From: an uncultured Fibrobacteria bacterium
GTDB lineage: Bacteria; Fibrobacterota; Fibrobacteria; UBA11236
DNA: 64,000 nucleotides
Direction of reading: 5' to 3'
Assembly: GCA_963716395.1 (NCBI GenBank)
Contig: OY970309.1
Coordinates: forward strand, 3,456,001-3,520,000
Shown here: positions 7,843-17,804 of the stretch, in pieces
How positions within the stretch are numbered: position 1 is the stretch's first letter
Layout: each line of letters starts with the position of its first letter
The notes under the pieces: model-generated
Told to the model about the DNA's origin: nothing
The model's database searches: none
The model's input: the letters and a program-made list of their open reading frames with translations, nothing else
Program-made: the position numbers and the translations under genes

Positions 7843-9977
7843 CCGCCCACCACCGGGAATTGCGCTTTACCGACTATGCGCACATTCTGGCCAAAAACAA
7901 ATGGATGTTGCTGGCCTGCCTGGCCTCGTTCCTCGGCCCGACCTTTTGGTTCGTGCGCCACATTCCCGACACCTTCATTTCACGCAGTCAATTGGTGATG
8001 GATGAAGACAAAGATCAAAACCTGATGCTGGCCGCGCCCGCGGGAACGCCCCACGACCTCGGCTATTACAAAGCCATGTTCCAGAGCACCGACTTTTTGA
8101 ACGGTGTGGCCCACGCTCTCGACGGCCCCATGCGCCGCGCCGGGGTGGAAAAACCCGGCGCAAATTATGTGCAAGCCCATGTGTCGCTCGACGAAGGGGC
8201 CATCGAGAGCTTCGTATCCGTGGAAAGCAAGACGCCGGCGGCGCCCTTGAGCTATGCCATGACCCACGTCGCCACCGACAGCCTCATCGTGTTCTGCGCC
8301 CGCGTGGAGAACCAGGAAACCGAAAAGGCCATCGAAGCCATCAAGGATCAAATCGGCATCTGCCTGCGCAAGCGGGAAGAGATCGACAGCGAGAAAACCG
8401 CCCTGACCGAATCGAACCAACTGGGATCGATGGGCGATTATGAAGGTCTCAACGCCCTGGAGAAGAGCTACCAGGACGAACTGGTCAAGTTCGAATTGGA
8501 TAAGGCCAACCTGGAGGCGAAGCGCAATTATTTCCTCTCGCTGGATAAGGCGATGCACCAAGGCGAAACCCCCAAGCACGACGCGGCGCTCGAAGCCCTG
8601 CGCGCCCGCCTGCGCGATTTGGAAAAGGAAAAAGACAAGATGGACCGCCTGGGCATCGCGCTGGCGCCCGAAAGCCAACTCGCCCAGGAATTGCAGGACG
8701 TGGAAGAGCAAATCATGCAGCACTCGCACCGCGAAGAGCCGCAGGACATCGGCCTGTTGCGCCAATGGCAAAGCGTGCATAACGAGGTCGAACAGATGGA
8801 ATCGGACATGCAGTTGAAAAAGGCGCGGCTCGACGCCTTTCGCAATGCCATCGAAACCTACCATGCCGAGCATCCCGACCTCGGCAAACGGGAATTCCGC
8901 CTGCAGCAGCTCGACAACCTGCTCGATCGCTACACCGAAACCCACAAGCGCCTGACCGAACGCCTGGAAGATGCGGTCATCAAGCTGCAAAGCAAATCGG
9001 GCGGGCTCAAACTCGTCGACTCAGCCGAAGTGCCCCTGGGCCCGCAGCCGCGGCGCGACTTTGCCTATTACCTGGTGTCGTTGGCCGTTGCGGCGATGCT
9101 CGGCGTGGGGCTCAGTTTCCTGCGCGAGTTCATGGATGATACGGTGAATTCGACCGACGACGTGGAAAAGCAGTTGGCCCTGACCTTGCTCGGCACCATT
9201 CCCCACATTCAGACCAAGAAATCCGATTTATCGGTGCGCCGCACCGTGGACAAGGGGCGACGCTCCGTGCTTAACAACCGCTATCCCCAATTGGTCTTGG
9301 GCGCGGGCCAGGAAGAGAGCTTGGTGGCCGAGGCCTATCGCACCCTGCGCACCAATATCGTGTTCGCCAGCCCGGACAAACCGGTGCAGACCCTGCTCGT
9401 CACCAGCAGCGGGCCGGGCGAAGGCAAATCGCTGACCCTGGCCAATATCGCGCTGTCTTTTGCGCAGCAGGGCGAACCCACCTTGATCGTCGACACCGAT
9501 TTGCGCCGCCCGGTGATCCACCATCTGTTCGGCATGGAGCGCAGCCCCGGGTTCGGGGAAATCTTCGCAGGCACCCTCACCCTATCCGAAGCGGTGCGTC
9601 CCGTGCCGGGCACCCAATTGCACATTCTCAAGGCCGGAGCCTATATGCCCAACCCGGCCGAGTTGCTGGGTTCGAAAAAAATGAACGCCCTGATCGCGGA
9701 ATTGAAAGAGACCTACCGCTACATCCTTTTCGATACCCCGCCCGTGATCGCGGTGACCGATGCCTGCATTCTGGCCAACAAACTCGACGGCGTGGTGCTG
9801 ATGGCGCGCGCGGGTAAAACCAACCTCGGGGTGGCCGAGCGCGCGCTGCAATCGCTGCATACCGTCAATGCGCGCGTGCTGGGCTGCGTGCTCAACGACG
9901 TCGATATCACCAAGGGCTACAACTCCTACGGGTATTACAAGCACTACTACCACTACTACCTGACCAAGAAGGACTGA
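7839..9977 (+). CDS. wzc: Polysaccharide co-polymerase / BY-kinase
   Basis: Two TMs around a coiled coil, EAYRTLRTN, Walker A GPGEGKS, VDTDLRRP, FDTPP and a Tyr-rich C-terminus. Confidence 0.95.
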   Translation: MTAHHRELRFTDYAHILAKNKWMLLACLASFLGPTFWFVRHIPDTFISRSQLVMDEDKDQNLMLAAPAGTPHDLGYYKAMFQSTDFLNGVAHALDGPMRRAGVEKPGANYVQAHVSLDEGAIESFVSVESKTPAAPLSYAMTHVATDSLIVFCARVENQETEKAIEAIKDQIGICLRKREEIDSEKTALTESNQLGSMGDYEGLNALEKSYQDELVKFELDKANLEAKRNYFLSLDKAMHQGETPKHDAALEALRARLRDLEKEKDKMDRLGIALAPESQLAQELQDVEEQIMQHSHREEPQDIGLLRQWQSVHNEVEQMESDMQLKKARLDAFRNAIETYHAEHPDLGKREFRLQQLDNLLDRYTETHKRLTERLEDAVIKLQSKSGGLKLVDSAEVPLGPQPRRDFAYYLVSLAVAAMLGVGLSFLREFMDDTVNSTDDVEKQLALTLLGTIPHIQTKKSDLSVRRTVDKGRRSVLNNRYPQLVLGAGQEESLVAEAYRTLRTNIVFASPDKPVQTLLVTSSGPGEGKSLTLANIALSFAQQGEPTLIVDTDLRRPVIHHLFGMERSPGFGEIFAGTLTLSEAVRPVPGTQLHILKAGAYMPNPAELLGSKKMNALIAELKETYRYILFDTPPVIAVTDACILANKLDGVVLMARAGKTNLGVAERALQSLHTVNARVLGCVLNDVDITKGYNSYGYYKHYYHYYLTKKD

Positions 9978-9978
9978 G

Positions 9979-11697
9979 ATGGGCCGGAAAGCTGGGATCC
10001 AAAGTCGGCCGCCTGCCGGCTTCCCGGAGCCGGACACTGCTTCTCCCGACTGGATTCCCCTTGGCGCCGCGGTCCCGCGGCCGCGCACCCCCTTGCGCCG
10101 GATTGCGCAAAACGCGGCGCACCTGCTGGGATCGCAAACCGTGGGATTCTTCATGGCTTTGGCGGCCTCGGTGGTCATGGCCCGCACCTTGGGTCCGACG
10201 GAATTGGGCATTTTCCACCAGGCGCAATGGTTTGCGGGCATGGTGTCGGTGGTGCTGTCGCTGGGTTTGGTCACAAGTGTGACGAAGTTTACGGCGCAAT
10301 TCCAGGCCCAGGGACGGCGGGGCGATGCGGCGGCGGCCCTGCGTTTCATCCTGAAAACCGAATTGGCCCTGGGGCTTGGTGCCACGGCGGTACTGCTTTT
10401 GTTCTCAGCCCGCATCGCCGACTATTCCTTTTCCACGCGCGAGGGCAAGTACTTCGCCATCGCCTTTCTGGGCCTGACTCCGGGCCTGCAAACGGCGTTA
10501 TATAGCGCAGCGTTGGAGGGTACGCAACTCTTCCGCTACCAATCCCTCAACGCACTGACCATCACCCCCATCTCACTGTTGCTGAAAATCGGGTTGCTTC
10601 TGGCCGGATTCGGGTTGACCGGCATCCTATGGTGCCAGGTGGGGGTGGCCCTGCTCAACCTACTGTTTTTCGGATGGGCGGCGCGGCGTGAAGGCTTGTT
10701 GCGCGGCGGCCCATCGCCCGCGGGGTGGAAAAGCGAACTGTTCCACTACCACCGATCCATTTTGGGAATCCATTTCGTCGATCTTTTGGTCTGGTCACGC
10801 ACCGAGAACTTCTTTCTGGGACGCTTTTGCTCGGCGGCGCAAATCGCCTATTACAACCTGGCCCTGAATCTGGTCACGCGGTTGACCGGAACCTTGCCCG
10901 CCCTGATGTGGAAAATCCTTTTGCCCCTGGCCACGCAATTGCATGGCGCGCATGAAGACGAAAAACTGGCGCGCACCTTCACCCATTCCCTGCGCTACAC
11001 CGCCTGCGTGCTCTTTCCCCTGATCACCTTTTGCTGGGTGTCGGCCTATGAACTGGTGGTGATTTTTTACGGCCATGCCTATGCACCCGCCAAATCCTCG
11101 TTCCAGATTCTATGCCTGAGCGCCATGTTGTCGGCGCTGGCGCAACCCAGTTCGGCCGCCATCTACGCCAGCAACCGGCAGCGCTTTATCCTGTGGTTCG
11201 GATCGCTCTTAGGCGTACTCAACATCGCCCTGAACCTGTGGTGGATTCCGCGCCATGGCGCGGAGGGTGCGGCCTGGAGCTACAGCCTGACCACCTCGTT
11301 GGGCGTGTTGGGAGGCTTCGTATACGTGGGTTGGAAACTGCGCCTGCGCTTTCCTTGGGCGACCTGGTCCAAGGCCGCGCTGGCCTCGCTGGGCATGGGG
11401 CTCACGCTGTGGTGGGTGCTGCAATACAACTTCGCGGCTTATTCCCTCTTCTCGCCCTGGCAGGATTGGATTCAGGCCCTGACCGGACGGAGGCTGGAAA
11501 TGTTTTTGGGCGCGCGCACCTTGCGGGTCGCCTGCGGCGGCCTGGCGTCATTTGCGTGTTACGCCGCGGTGCTGGCCCTGCTGGCCAAACCCCAGGCCGA
11601 AGACCTGCGACTGCTGCGGGCCCTGGCGCGGCGCTTGCCGTGGGGTTTGCACCGGCTGCTGCGCCCCTGGCTGAAACCGGACCCGGCTCCGGGATGA
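9979..11697 (+). CDS. wzx: Oligosaccharide flippase (MOP/Wzx)
   Basis: About 12-14 hydrophobic segments; ARTLGPTELGIF and LNIALNLWWIPRHGAEGAAWS. Confidence 0.9.
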   Translation: MGRKAGIQSRPPAGFPEPDTASPDWIPLGAAVPRPRTPLRRIAQNAAHLLGSQTVGFFMALAASVVMARTLGPTELGIFHQAQWFAGMVSVVLSLGLVTSVTKFTAQFQAQGRRGDAAAALRFILKTELALGLGATAVLLLFSARIADYSFSTREGKYFAIAFLGLTPGLQTALYSAALEGTQLFRYQSLNALTITPISLLLKIGLLLAGFGLTGILWCQVGVALLNLLFFGWAARREGLLRGGPSPAGWKSELFHYHRSILGIHFVDLLVWSRTENFFLGRFCSAAQIAYYNLALNLVTRLTGTLPALMWKILLPLATQLHGAHEDEKLARTFTHSLRYTACVLFPLITFCWVSAYELVVIFYGHAYAPAKSSFQILCLSAMLSALAQPSSAAIYASNRQRFILWFGSLLGVLNIALNLWWIPRHGAEGAAWSYSLTTSLGVLGGFVYVGWKLRLRFPWATWSKAALASLGMGLTLWWVLQYNFAAYSLFSPWQDWIQALTGRRLEMFLGARTLRVACGGLASFACYAAVLALLAKPQAEDLRLLRALARRLPWGLHRLLRPWLKPDPAPG

Positions 11698-12848
11698 AAA
11701 CGGCGGCCATGCGTATCGCCTTCATTGATTCCGAGCCGCCGTCGACGACCGGCGGCGGCATCCGCACCTACCTCCTCAGCCTGGTGACCCTGTGCCGCAG
11801 CCGGGGAATGCAGGTGCGCATTTACAGCCACAATCCCGCGGCCTACGAAGATGCCGGCCAAGAAGCCCGGCCCATCGGCCGCCGGCCGTGCTGGCCGCGC
11901 GGCCTGCGCGGCCTCGCCTACCGGTTGTTTCATGCGGAAGCCGTGGCCTTCGAATGCGCAAACTGGCTGGCCGGGGAATTGCGGGCCGATCCCCCGGACC
12001 TCGCCGAGTTCGCCGACTTTCAGGGTTACGCCTTCTATGCCCTGCGCGATCGCGCGTTGCGCAGGCGCATCATCCTGCGCATACACACGCCTCTGTACCT
12101 GGTGTATGTCGAAGCGCGCAAGCGGCACCCGCCTTTTTGGCTTCTGCGCTGGCGCGAACGTGATTGCCTGCGCCGTGCGACGTATATCACCGCGCCCTCG
12201 GCCGACTTTATCCGCGAAAAAATGCCGTGGTCGTACCCGCAGCGCATCGTACCCAATCCGCCGCCGCTTCCCATGCCGCGGCCGAACACAAAAGAAAATG
12301 CCCAAACAGCCATCGTTTTTCTGGGACGCCTGGAGCCGCGCAAAGGGGTTGTGGAGTTGCTCCAGGCATTTCTATCCCTGGCCGCAGACTTTCCCGCCGC
12401 GACCCTGACCTTGATCGGCGAAGCCGTGGACCCCGCCTATCGTACATCATTGCAAACCGTCCTCGACGCCGCGCCGAAGCCGGTGCAGGCGCGCGTCGCG
12501 TTCCGCCCGGCGCATACCGGTGATAAAAATTCCCTGCTGCGGGAATTCACCATGCTGGCGGTACCCTCGCGCTGGGAAAACTGTCCCTACGTGTTTTGGG
12601 AAGGCATGGCCGCGGGCCTGGCCTGCCTGGGCACCGACACGGGCGAAATGCGACGCGCCCGGGGAATCACCCAGGCTCCGGTCGTCAAGCCCGGCGATGC
12701 CGAGTCGCTGGCGCAGGGCCTGCGCGCCTTGCTGCAAGACCCGTCGCAACGCGCCGCTTTGATCGCCCGGCAAGAAGCGTATTTGCACCAGGTCGCCGGG
12801 GAAGCGCGCGGGTTACCCGAGTTCTACGCCGCCTGTGTGCCGCCGTGA
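11694..12848 (+). CDS. Glycosyltransferase family 4
   Basis: GGGIRTY, FLGRLEPRKG, PSRWENCPYVFWEGMAAG. ATGA overlap with wzx. Confidence 0.9.
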   Translation: MKTAAMRIAFIDSEPPSTTGGGIRTYLLSLVTLCRSRGMQVRIYSHNPAAYEDAGQEARPIGRRPCWPRGLRGLAYRLFHAEAVAFECANWLAGELRADPPDLAEFADFQGYAFYALRDRALRRRIILRIHTPLYLVYVEARKRHPPFWLLRWRERDCLRRATYITAPSADFIREKMPWSYPQRIVPNPPPLPMPRPNTKENAQTAIVFLGRLEPRKGVVELLQAFLSLAADFPAATLTLIGEAVDPAYRTSLQTVLDAAPKPVQARVAFRPAHTGDKNSLLREFTMLAVPSRWENCPYVFWEGMAAGLACLGTDTGEMRRARGITQAPVVKPGDAESLAQGLRALLQDPSQRAALIARQEAYLHQVAGEARGLPEFYAACVPP

Positions 12849-14098
12849 ACATCGCCTTGCTTTCCCGTGAATATCCGCCGCTCACCCATGTGGGCGGCAT
12901 CGGCACCTATACGGCTACGGCGGCCCGGCTGTTGGCCGATCACGGGCATGCCGTGCACGTGGTCTGCAACGGCCCCGACACGACGGAGGCACTGGAAAAC
13001 GGCGTGCGCGTGCATCGCGTGCGCATGCAAAACCATCCCCTGCCCGCGGCAGGCTGGCTGTATCGGTATCGACGCTGGTTCCGTGCCCATCTGCCGAATT
13101 ATCTCGACGCTCTAACCTGGTCGCATACGGCTGCCGCGTATTTGCGCAGCCATGCGCCCGCTTGGAATCTCGACGCCCTGGAGTTTCCCGAAACCAACGG
13201 CGAAGGCGCATGCCTCGATCTATCAGCCGGACTTTCCCGCACGCATCGCGTCGCGCGCATCCACACTTCATGGATCCCCGAGTACGTTGCCGGCGGATGG
13301 GAAGCGCGTCGCTTGCTGCGCTGGCAGCGGCGCGCCTGCGCCCGGGCCCATACCGTGGTCTCGCCCAGCCGGTTCATGGCCGAAAATTATGCGCGCCGGG
13401 TGTTGCGCTGGAATCGGACCGTGCAGGTGAATCCGAATCCGGTGCGGCTGTGGAAAGCACCTTTGCATTGGAGCGATAAAAATCCGCGGCATTTGCTGTT
13501 CGTGGGTCGGGTGGAATACCGCAAGGGTTTGGATCTCCTGTTGGCCGCCTTGGAAGCTCTGGGCTCCGCCGGCGAAGGATTGGTGCTGCGCGTCGTGGGT
13601 CCGCAACATCCGCCGCGCCACGCCGTCGACGCCGCCTGTCAGGAGGCCTTGGCCCTCGCCCTGGCCGCACATGGTCCCGGCCTAAGGTCAGGCTATTCCC
13701 TGGAATACGCCGGCGCCTGCGAGCATGCCGACCTGCATCAACACTTCGACTGGGCGGGCATTGCGGTGTTGCCCTCGCGCCAGGATAACTATCCGTATAC
13801 GGCCCTTGAAGCCCTGTCGCGCGGATGCTGGCTTTTAGCCAGCGACGCGGGTGGCTTACCTGAAATCTTGCAGGGGTGCCGCGGAGCAATTTTTCCGGCC
13901 GGCGACAAAGACGCCTTGGCCGGAAAAATGAGAGAATTGGCGCAAGGCGCGGATCGCGTCAGGAATTCCTGGCTCCCCAATGCGCGCGCCATGGCGGAGC
14001 GTTTTCATCCGGAGGCCTGCTATCGCCGTTTATTCGCAACCTATGCCGGTGCGAACGGCACCGGTGCCCGCCGAACGGGTGCTGTATCAAACGAGTAA
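12845..14098 (+). CDS. Glycosyltransferase family 4
   Basis: GTG start; NIALLSREYPP..GGIGTY, FVGRVEYRKG, PSRQDNYPYTALEAL. Confidence 0.9.
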   Translation: MNIALLSREYPPLTHVGGIGTYTATAARLLADHGHAVHVVCNGPDTTEALENGVRVHRVRMQNHPLPAAGWLYRYRRWFRAHLPNYLDALTWSHTAAAYLRSHAPAWNLDALEFPETNGEGACLDLSAGLSRTHRVARIHTSWIPEYVAGGWEARRLLRWQRRACARAHTVVSPSRFMAENYARRVLRWNRTVQVNPNPVRLWKAPLHWSDKNPRHLLFVGRVEYRKGLDLLLAALEALGSAGEGLVLRVVGPQHPPRHAVDAACQEALALALAAHGPGLRSGYSLEYAGACEHADLHQHFDWAGIAVLPSRQDNYPYTALEALSRGCWLLASDAGGLPEILQGCRGAIFPAGDKDALAGKMRELAQGADRVRNSWLPNARAMAERFHPEACYRRLFATYAGANGTGARRTGAVSNE

Positions 14099-14681
14099 AC
14101 GCCTGCTCGATTTGGCCGGCGCCGTCTTCGGTTTGATGTTTTTTTTCCTGCTGCTCGGCCCCGTCGCCGCCGCCATCCGTCTCGACTCCAAAGGCCCCGT
14201 CTTTTTTATCCAAACCCGCGTGGGCCAATATGGGCGCCGCTTCAAGTTCATCAAGTTCCGCACCATGGCGGTCGACGCCCATGTGCGGCAATGGGAACTC
14301 AACGGCCTGAATGAGACCGGAGGCCCAACCTTCAAGCTGGCCCGGGATCCACGCGTCACGCGCGTGGGACAGTGGCTGCGGCGTGCCAGTCTCGACGAAG
14401 TTCCCCAATTCTGGAATGTGCTCAAAGGCGAAATGTCCTTGGTCGGGCCGCGGCCGCCGCTCTTGCATGAAGTGGGCCAATACGACGCCGTGCAGAAAAT
14501 CCGCATGACCGTGCCCCAGGGCATGACCGGACTGTGGCAAGTGCGCGGCCGTTCCGGGCTCAAGTTCGATCAGATGGTGAACCTCGACGTGCATTATGCC
14601 CTGCACGCCTGCTTCCCCCTCGACCTGCGCATTCTGTGGCTGACCTTGCCCACGGTGTGGCGCGGCCGGGGGGCGGTATGA
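14043..14681 (+). CDS. Priming phosphoglycosyl transferase (small monotopic bacterial sugar transferase)
   Basis: KRLLD, KFRTM, DPRVTRVG, SLDEVPQFWNVLKGEMSLVGPRP, GMTGLWQV. Confidence 0.95.
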   Translation: MPVRTAPVPAERVLYQTSKRLLDLAGAVFGLMFFFLLLGPVAAAIRLDSKGPVFFIQTRVGQYGRRFKFIKFRTMAVDAHVRQWELNGLNETGGPTFKLARDPRVTRVGQWLRRASLDEVPQFWNVLKGEMSLVGPRPPLLHEVGQYDAVQKIRMTVPQGMTGLWQVRGRSGLKFDQMVNLDVHYALHACFPLDLRILWLTLPTVWRGRGAV

Positions 14682-15622
14682 GCGATACCGCCATCACTCT
14701 GGCCGTAGTCACTTACAACCAAGCGGCGTGGCTCGCTGGGTTCCTTGCGCGTTACCGCCGCTTCGGGGTGCACGCGGCGCCGCTGCTGGTGGTCGACGAT
14801 GGTTCCACGGACGACACTCCGCGGTTACTGGGAGAGGCCGAGGCGGAATTGCCCCTGTGCTTGCTTGTGCACCGCATCGCCCACGGCGGCTCGGCCCGCG
14901 CCCGCAACCAGGCCCTGCGGCAATGCCCCACGCCGTGGATCGCCTTTTCCGACACCGACTGCGTACTCGACGCCGCATACTTCCGCCTGCTGCCGGAAAT
15001 TCCCCGGCGCTATGCCGGCTTTGCCGCCGTCGAAGGCGCCGTGGTGCCGCCTCCCGGCAACAAACCTCCTTTCACCCATTCGCTATTCAATCCCGCCGGC
15101 GGCACCTATGCCACGGCCAATATGGCCTTTCGCGTGGCCGACGCCTTGGAATCGGGCGGCTTCGACGAAGGCTTTCCCGAAAACCTGCGCGAAGACGCCG
15201 ACCTTGCGCTCACCCTCCTCGAAAGCAAAGGCGCCATTCCCTTTTGCCCCGAGTGGCAGGTTTGCCACCCGCATGTACCGCGCCGGTTCTGGCCGGCCCT
15301 GCGGCAGGCCTGGCGTCGCCACGATCGCATGCTCCGCGCCGAAGTGCGGCTGTACCGCAAACATCCCCAGGCCTATGGCCGGCTGCGCCATCACGCCGAT
15401 GCCTTAGCCACCCTGCGCAACTGGTGTTGGCATTGGTCCTGGCTATACGTGCGCGAGTGCCTCGCGGCGCTGGCCGGCAATCGGCGCGGCCGGTCGCAAA
15501 GCGCGTGGGCGGTGTGGCGGAGCTGTGGGGCCGCCATCCTGGTGGCCGGCTGGGAGCAGGTCTGCATCGCGTTCTGGTGCCTGCGGCGCTGGAAAACCCT
15601 TTCGCGTCCCGGACCCGCGTGA
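14678..15622 (+). CDS. Glycosyltransferase family 2
   Basis: VVTYN, VVDDGSTD, ARN, FSDTD (DxD), GGFDEGF..EDADL. Confidence 0.92.
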   Translation: MSDTAITLAVVTYNQAAWLAGFLARYRRFGVHAAPLLVVDDGSTDDTPRLLGEAEAELPLCLLVHRIAHGGSARARNQALRQCPTPWIAFSDTDCVLDAAYFRLLPEIPRRYAGFAAVEGAVVPPPGNKPPFTHSLFNPAGGTYATANMAFRVADALESGGFDEGFPENLREDADLALTLLESKGAIPFCPEWQVCHPHVPRRFWPALRQAWRRHDRMLRAEVRLYRKHPQAYGRLRHHADALATLRNWCWHWSWLYVRECLAALAGNRRGRSQSAWAVWRSCGAAILVAGWEQVCIAFWCLRRWKTLSRPGPA

Positions 15623-16746
15623 AAGTGCTGTTGCTTTGGACCGGCGGCGTGGTGCCCGCGTATTGGGAGTTCTTCTCGGCCTTGGGAAGCCGTTGCGTTC
15701 TGCGCGTGCTGGCGCCGCACCGCTGGGTGCACGGTTCCACGGAATTCACCGCCCAGGATTGGCCGGCGCCGCCCGCCGCTTTCACCCTTGTGGCGGCCCG
15801 TTTCTGGCGGTTGGGTTCTGCCTTCTACCTCGTGCCGGGTTTCGCGTTGCAATTGCTGCGTTTCGGTCCCGACCTGGTGTATTGCATGGACGAGGCGGAT
15901 CGTCCGGCGACGGTATTGCATTTGTGGCTGGCGCGCCTGCTGCGGCCGCGCGCCCTTCGCGTCAATTACAACTTGCAGAATCTGGTCGCCCCGCGCTATC
16001 ACCGCTTCAGGCACCGCCTGAGTTTACGTTGCCAACGCGCCTGGCTGCACGGCGCGGTGGCGACGAGCGGCGAAGCCGAAGCGGTGCTGCGCGCCCGGGG
16101 ATTTGCGCTTCCGACGGCGCGCATTCCCCTGTTCGCTTCGGAGCGCGAATTCTTTCCCGCCTCGCCGGTGGAAAAAGCCAACCTACGCCGGCGTTTTGGA
16201 GCGCCCGAGGCGAGAACCCTGATCGTGTATGCCGGCAGCCTGGCCCGCGCCAAAGGCGTCGATTCGCTCCTCCACGCCTTGCCCCGGCATCCCGGCCTGT
16301 ATTTGCTGCTGGCGGGTTCCGGAGAACTCGAGGCCGAAGCGCGCGCGTTACCCGTGACGGCGGGGAAATGGCTGGGGCCGCTGCACCTGCCGGCCTTGCG
16401 CGCCCTCTACCAGGCCGGCGATTGCGTCATTTTGCCCTCGCGCGACACGCCCGTCTGGAAAGAACAAGTGGGCCGCGCCCTGCTCGAAGGCATTCTGTGC
16501 GGATGCCTGGGCCTGGGCAGCGACGGCGGATTCATTCCCGAATTGCTGGGCACGCCCGAAACCCTGTTCGCGCAAGGGAACGCCGAGGACTTGCACCGCT
16601 TGCTCGCCGCTCTGCCCCTACCCCAGACACCGCGCTTGCGGGAACGGCAGCACGCCCGCGTACTCGCCACTTATACCGCATCGGTCACGGCCGCGGCCAC
16701 CTTCGCGTTCTTTCAAGACCTCTCGCCTTCGGAGAAGGCGCCGTGA
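15619..16746 (+). CDS. Glycosyltransferase family 4
   Basis: GTG start; YAGSLARAKG and LPSRDTPVWKEQVGRALLEG. Confidence 0.88.
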   Translation: MKVLLLWTGGVVPAYWEFFSALGSRCVLRVLAPHRWVHGSTEFTAQDWPAPPAAFTLVAARFWRLGSAFYLVPGFALQLLRFGPDLVYCMDEADRPATVLHLWLARLLRPRALRVNYNLQNLVAPRYHRFRHRLSLRCQRAWLHGAVATSGEAEAVLRARGFALPTARIPLFASEREFFPASPVEKANLRRRFGAPEARTLIVYAGSLARAKGVDSLLHALPRHPGLYLLLAGSGELEAEARALPVTAGKWLGPLHLPALRALYQAGDCVILPSRDTPVWKEQVGRALLEGILCGCLGLGSDGGFIPELLGTPETLFAQGNAEDLHRLLAALPLPQTPRLRERQHARVLATYTASVTAAATFAFFQDLSPSEKAP

Positions 16747-17804
16747 ACATCGCCTTTTTGCACCGCGATTTACCGCCCGCGGCCTTTGCCGGCGTGGCCG
16801 TGCAGGTGCATCGGCTGGCCCAGGCGCTGGCAACAATGAACCATTCCGTGACAATTTTCACATTAAGCCCGAAACCCGAGGGCGCGAGCTATGCCGTGCG
16901 GCCCTGGGATTTTTCCGGTCTTGCCTTCTGCCGCCGCGTTTTACCCCGCTGGAAGAGGTTGTGGGCGCCGCTGGGCTGCCGCTTTCTCGACTTTTCGGAA
17001 TTTGACGTGGTGCACGTGCATGGCGACGGCGGCTTTCTGCGCTACGATTCCCGCTTCGTCCGCACCTTTTACGGCACCGCGGCCTTGGAGGCGCGCCATG
17101 CCCGCGGTAACGGCCGCCTGGCGCAGGGTTTCTCCTATGTACTGGAAAAGCGCGAGGCGCGCCGCGGTGCGCGGCTGACGGCCATCAGCCCGCATGTGCG
17201 CGACTTTTTGCCCAATATCCGCTGGATTATTCCCTGCATGACCGCGCAGGCGCCCGACCCCGAGGCTTTGCGCCACAAGGCGGAGACGCCCACCCTGATT
17301 TATGTGGGCGCGCGCGGCGGACGCAAACGCGGGGAATGGGCGCTGAGCTTGTGGCAAACCCTGCGTCCGGAATTTCCCGATCTCGTGCTGCATTACGTGG
17401 GGCCCGAATGCGACCGCGCCGCCGTGGCCGCGGCAGATGCGGCCGGGTTGCGGTTTCATACGCGTTTGCCGGAGCGCGAGCTGATGGACCTGTACCGTTG
17501 CGCCTGGATTGCGGTCTTCTTCTCGAGCTACGAAGGCTTTGGGGTGCCGTGGGCCGAAGCCCTGTCCCAGGGCTGTTGCGTGGTCAGCACCCCCCATGCC
17601 GGAGCCCGGGAATGGCTGTGCGACGGCGACAACGCCTGCCTGCGGCCGCCCGAAGCCGTCGCCACCGCCGTCGCTTCTTTGTTACGGGAGCAATCGTCCC
17701 GCGAAGCGCTGGCTCGGCAGGGATTGCAAACGGCGGCCGCCTTCGCCCCGGAGCGTGTGGCCGCCGCCTACCTCGAGATCTACCGCGCGGGAGGGATGCC
17801 CTGA
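16743..17804 (+). CDS. Glycosyltransferase family 4
   Basis: GTG start; NIAFLHRDLPP and SSYEGFGVPWAEAL. Confidence 0.9.
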   Translation: MNIAFLHRDLPPAAFAGVAVQVHRLAQALATMNHSVTIFTLSPKPEGASYAVRPWDFSGLAFCRRVLPRWKRLWAPLGCRFLDFSEFDVVHVHGDGGFLRYDSRFVRTFYGTAALEARHARGNGRLAQGFSYVLEKREARRGARLTAISPHVRDFLPNIRWIIPCMTAQAPDPEALRHKAETPTLIYVGARGGRKRGEWALSLWQTLRPEFPDLVLHYVGPECDRAAVAAADAAGLRFHTRLPERELMDLYRCAWIAVFFSSYEGFGVPWAEALSQGCCVVSTPHAGAREWLCDGDNACLRPPEAVATAVASLLREQSSREALARQGLQTAAAFAPERVAAAYLEIYRAGGMP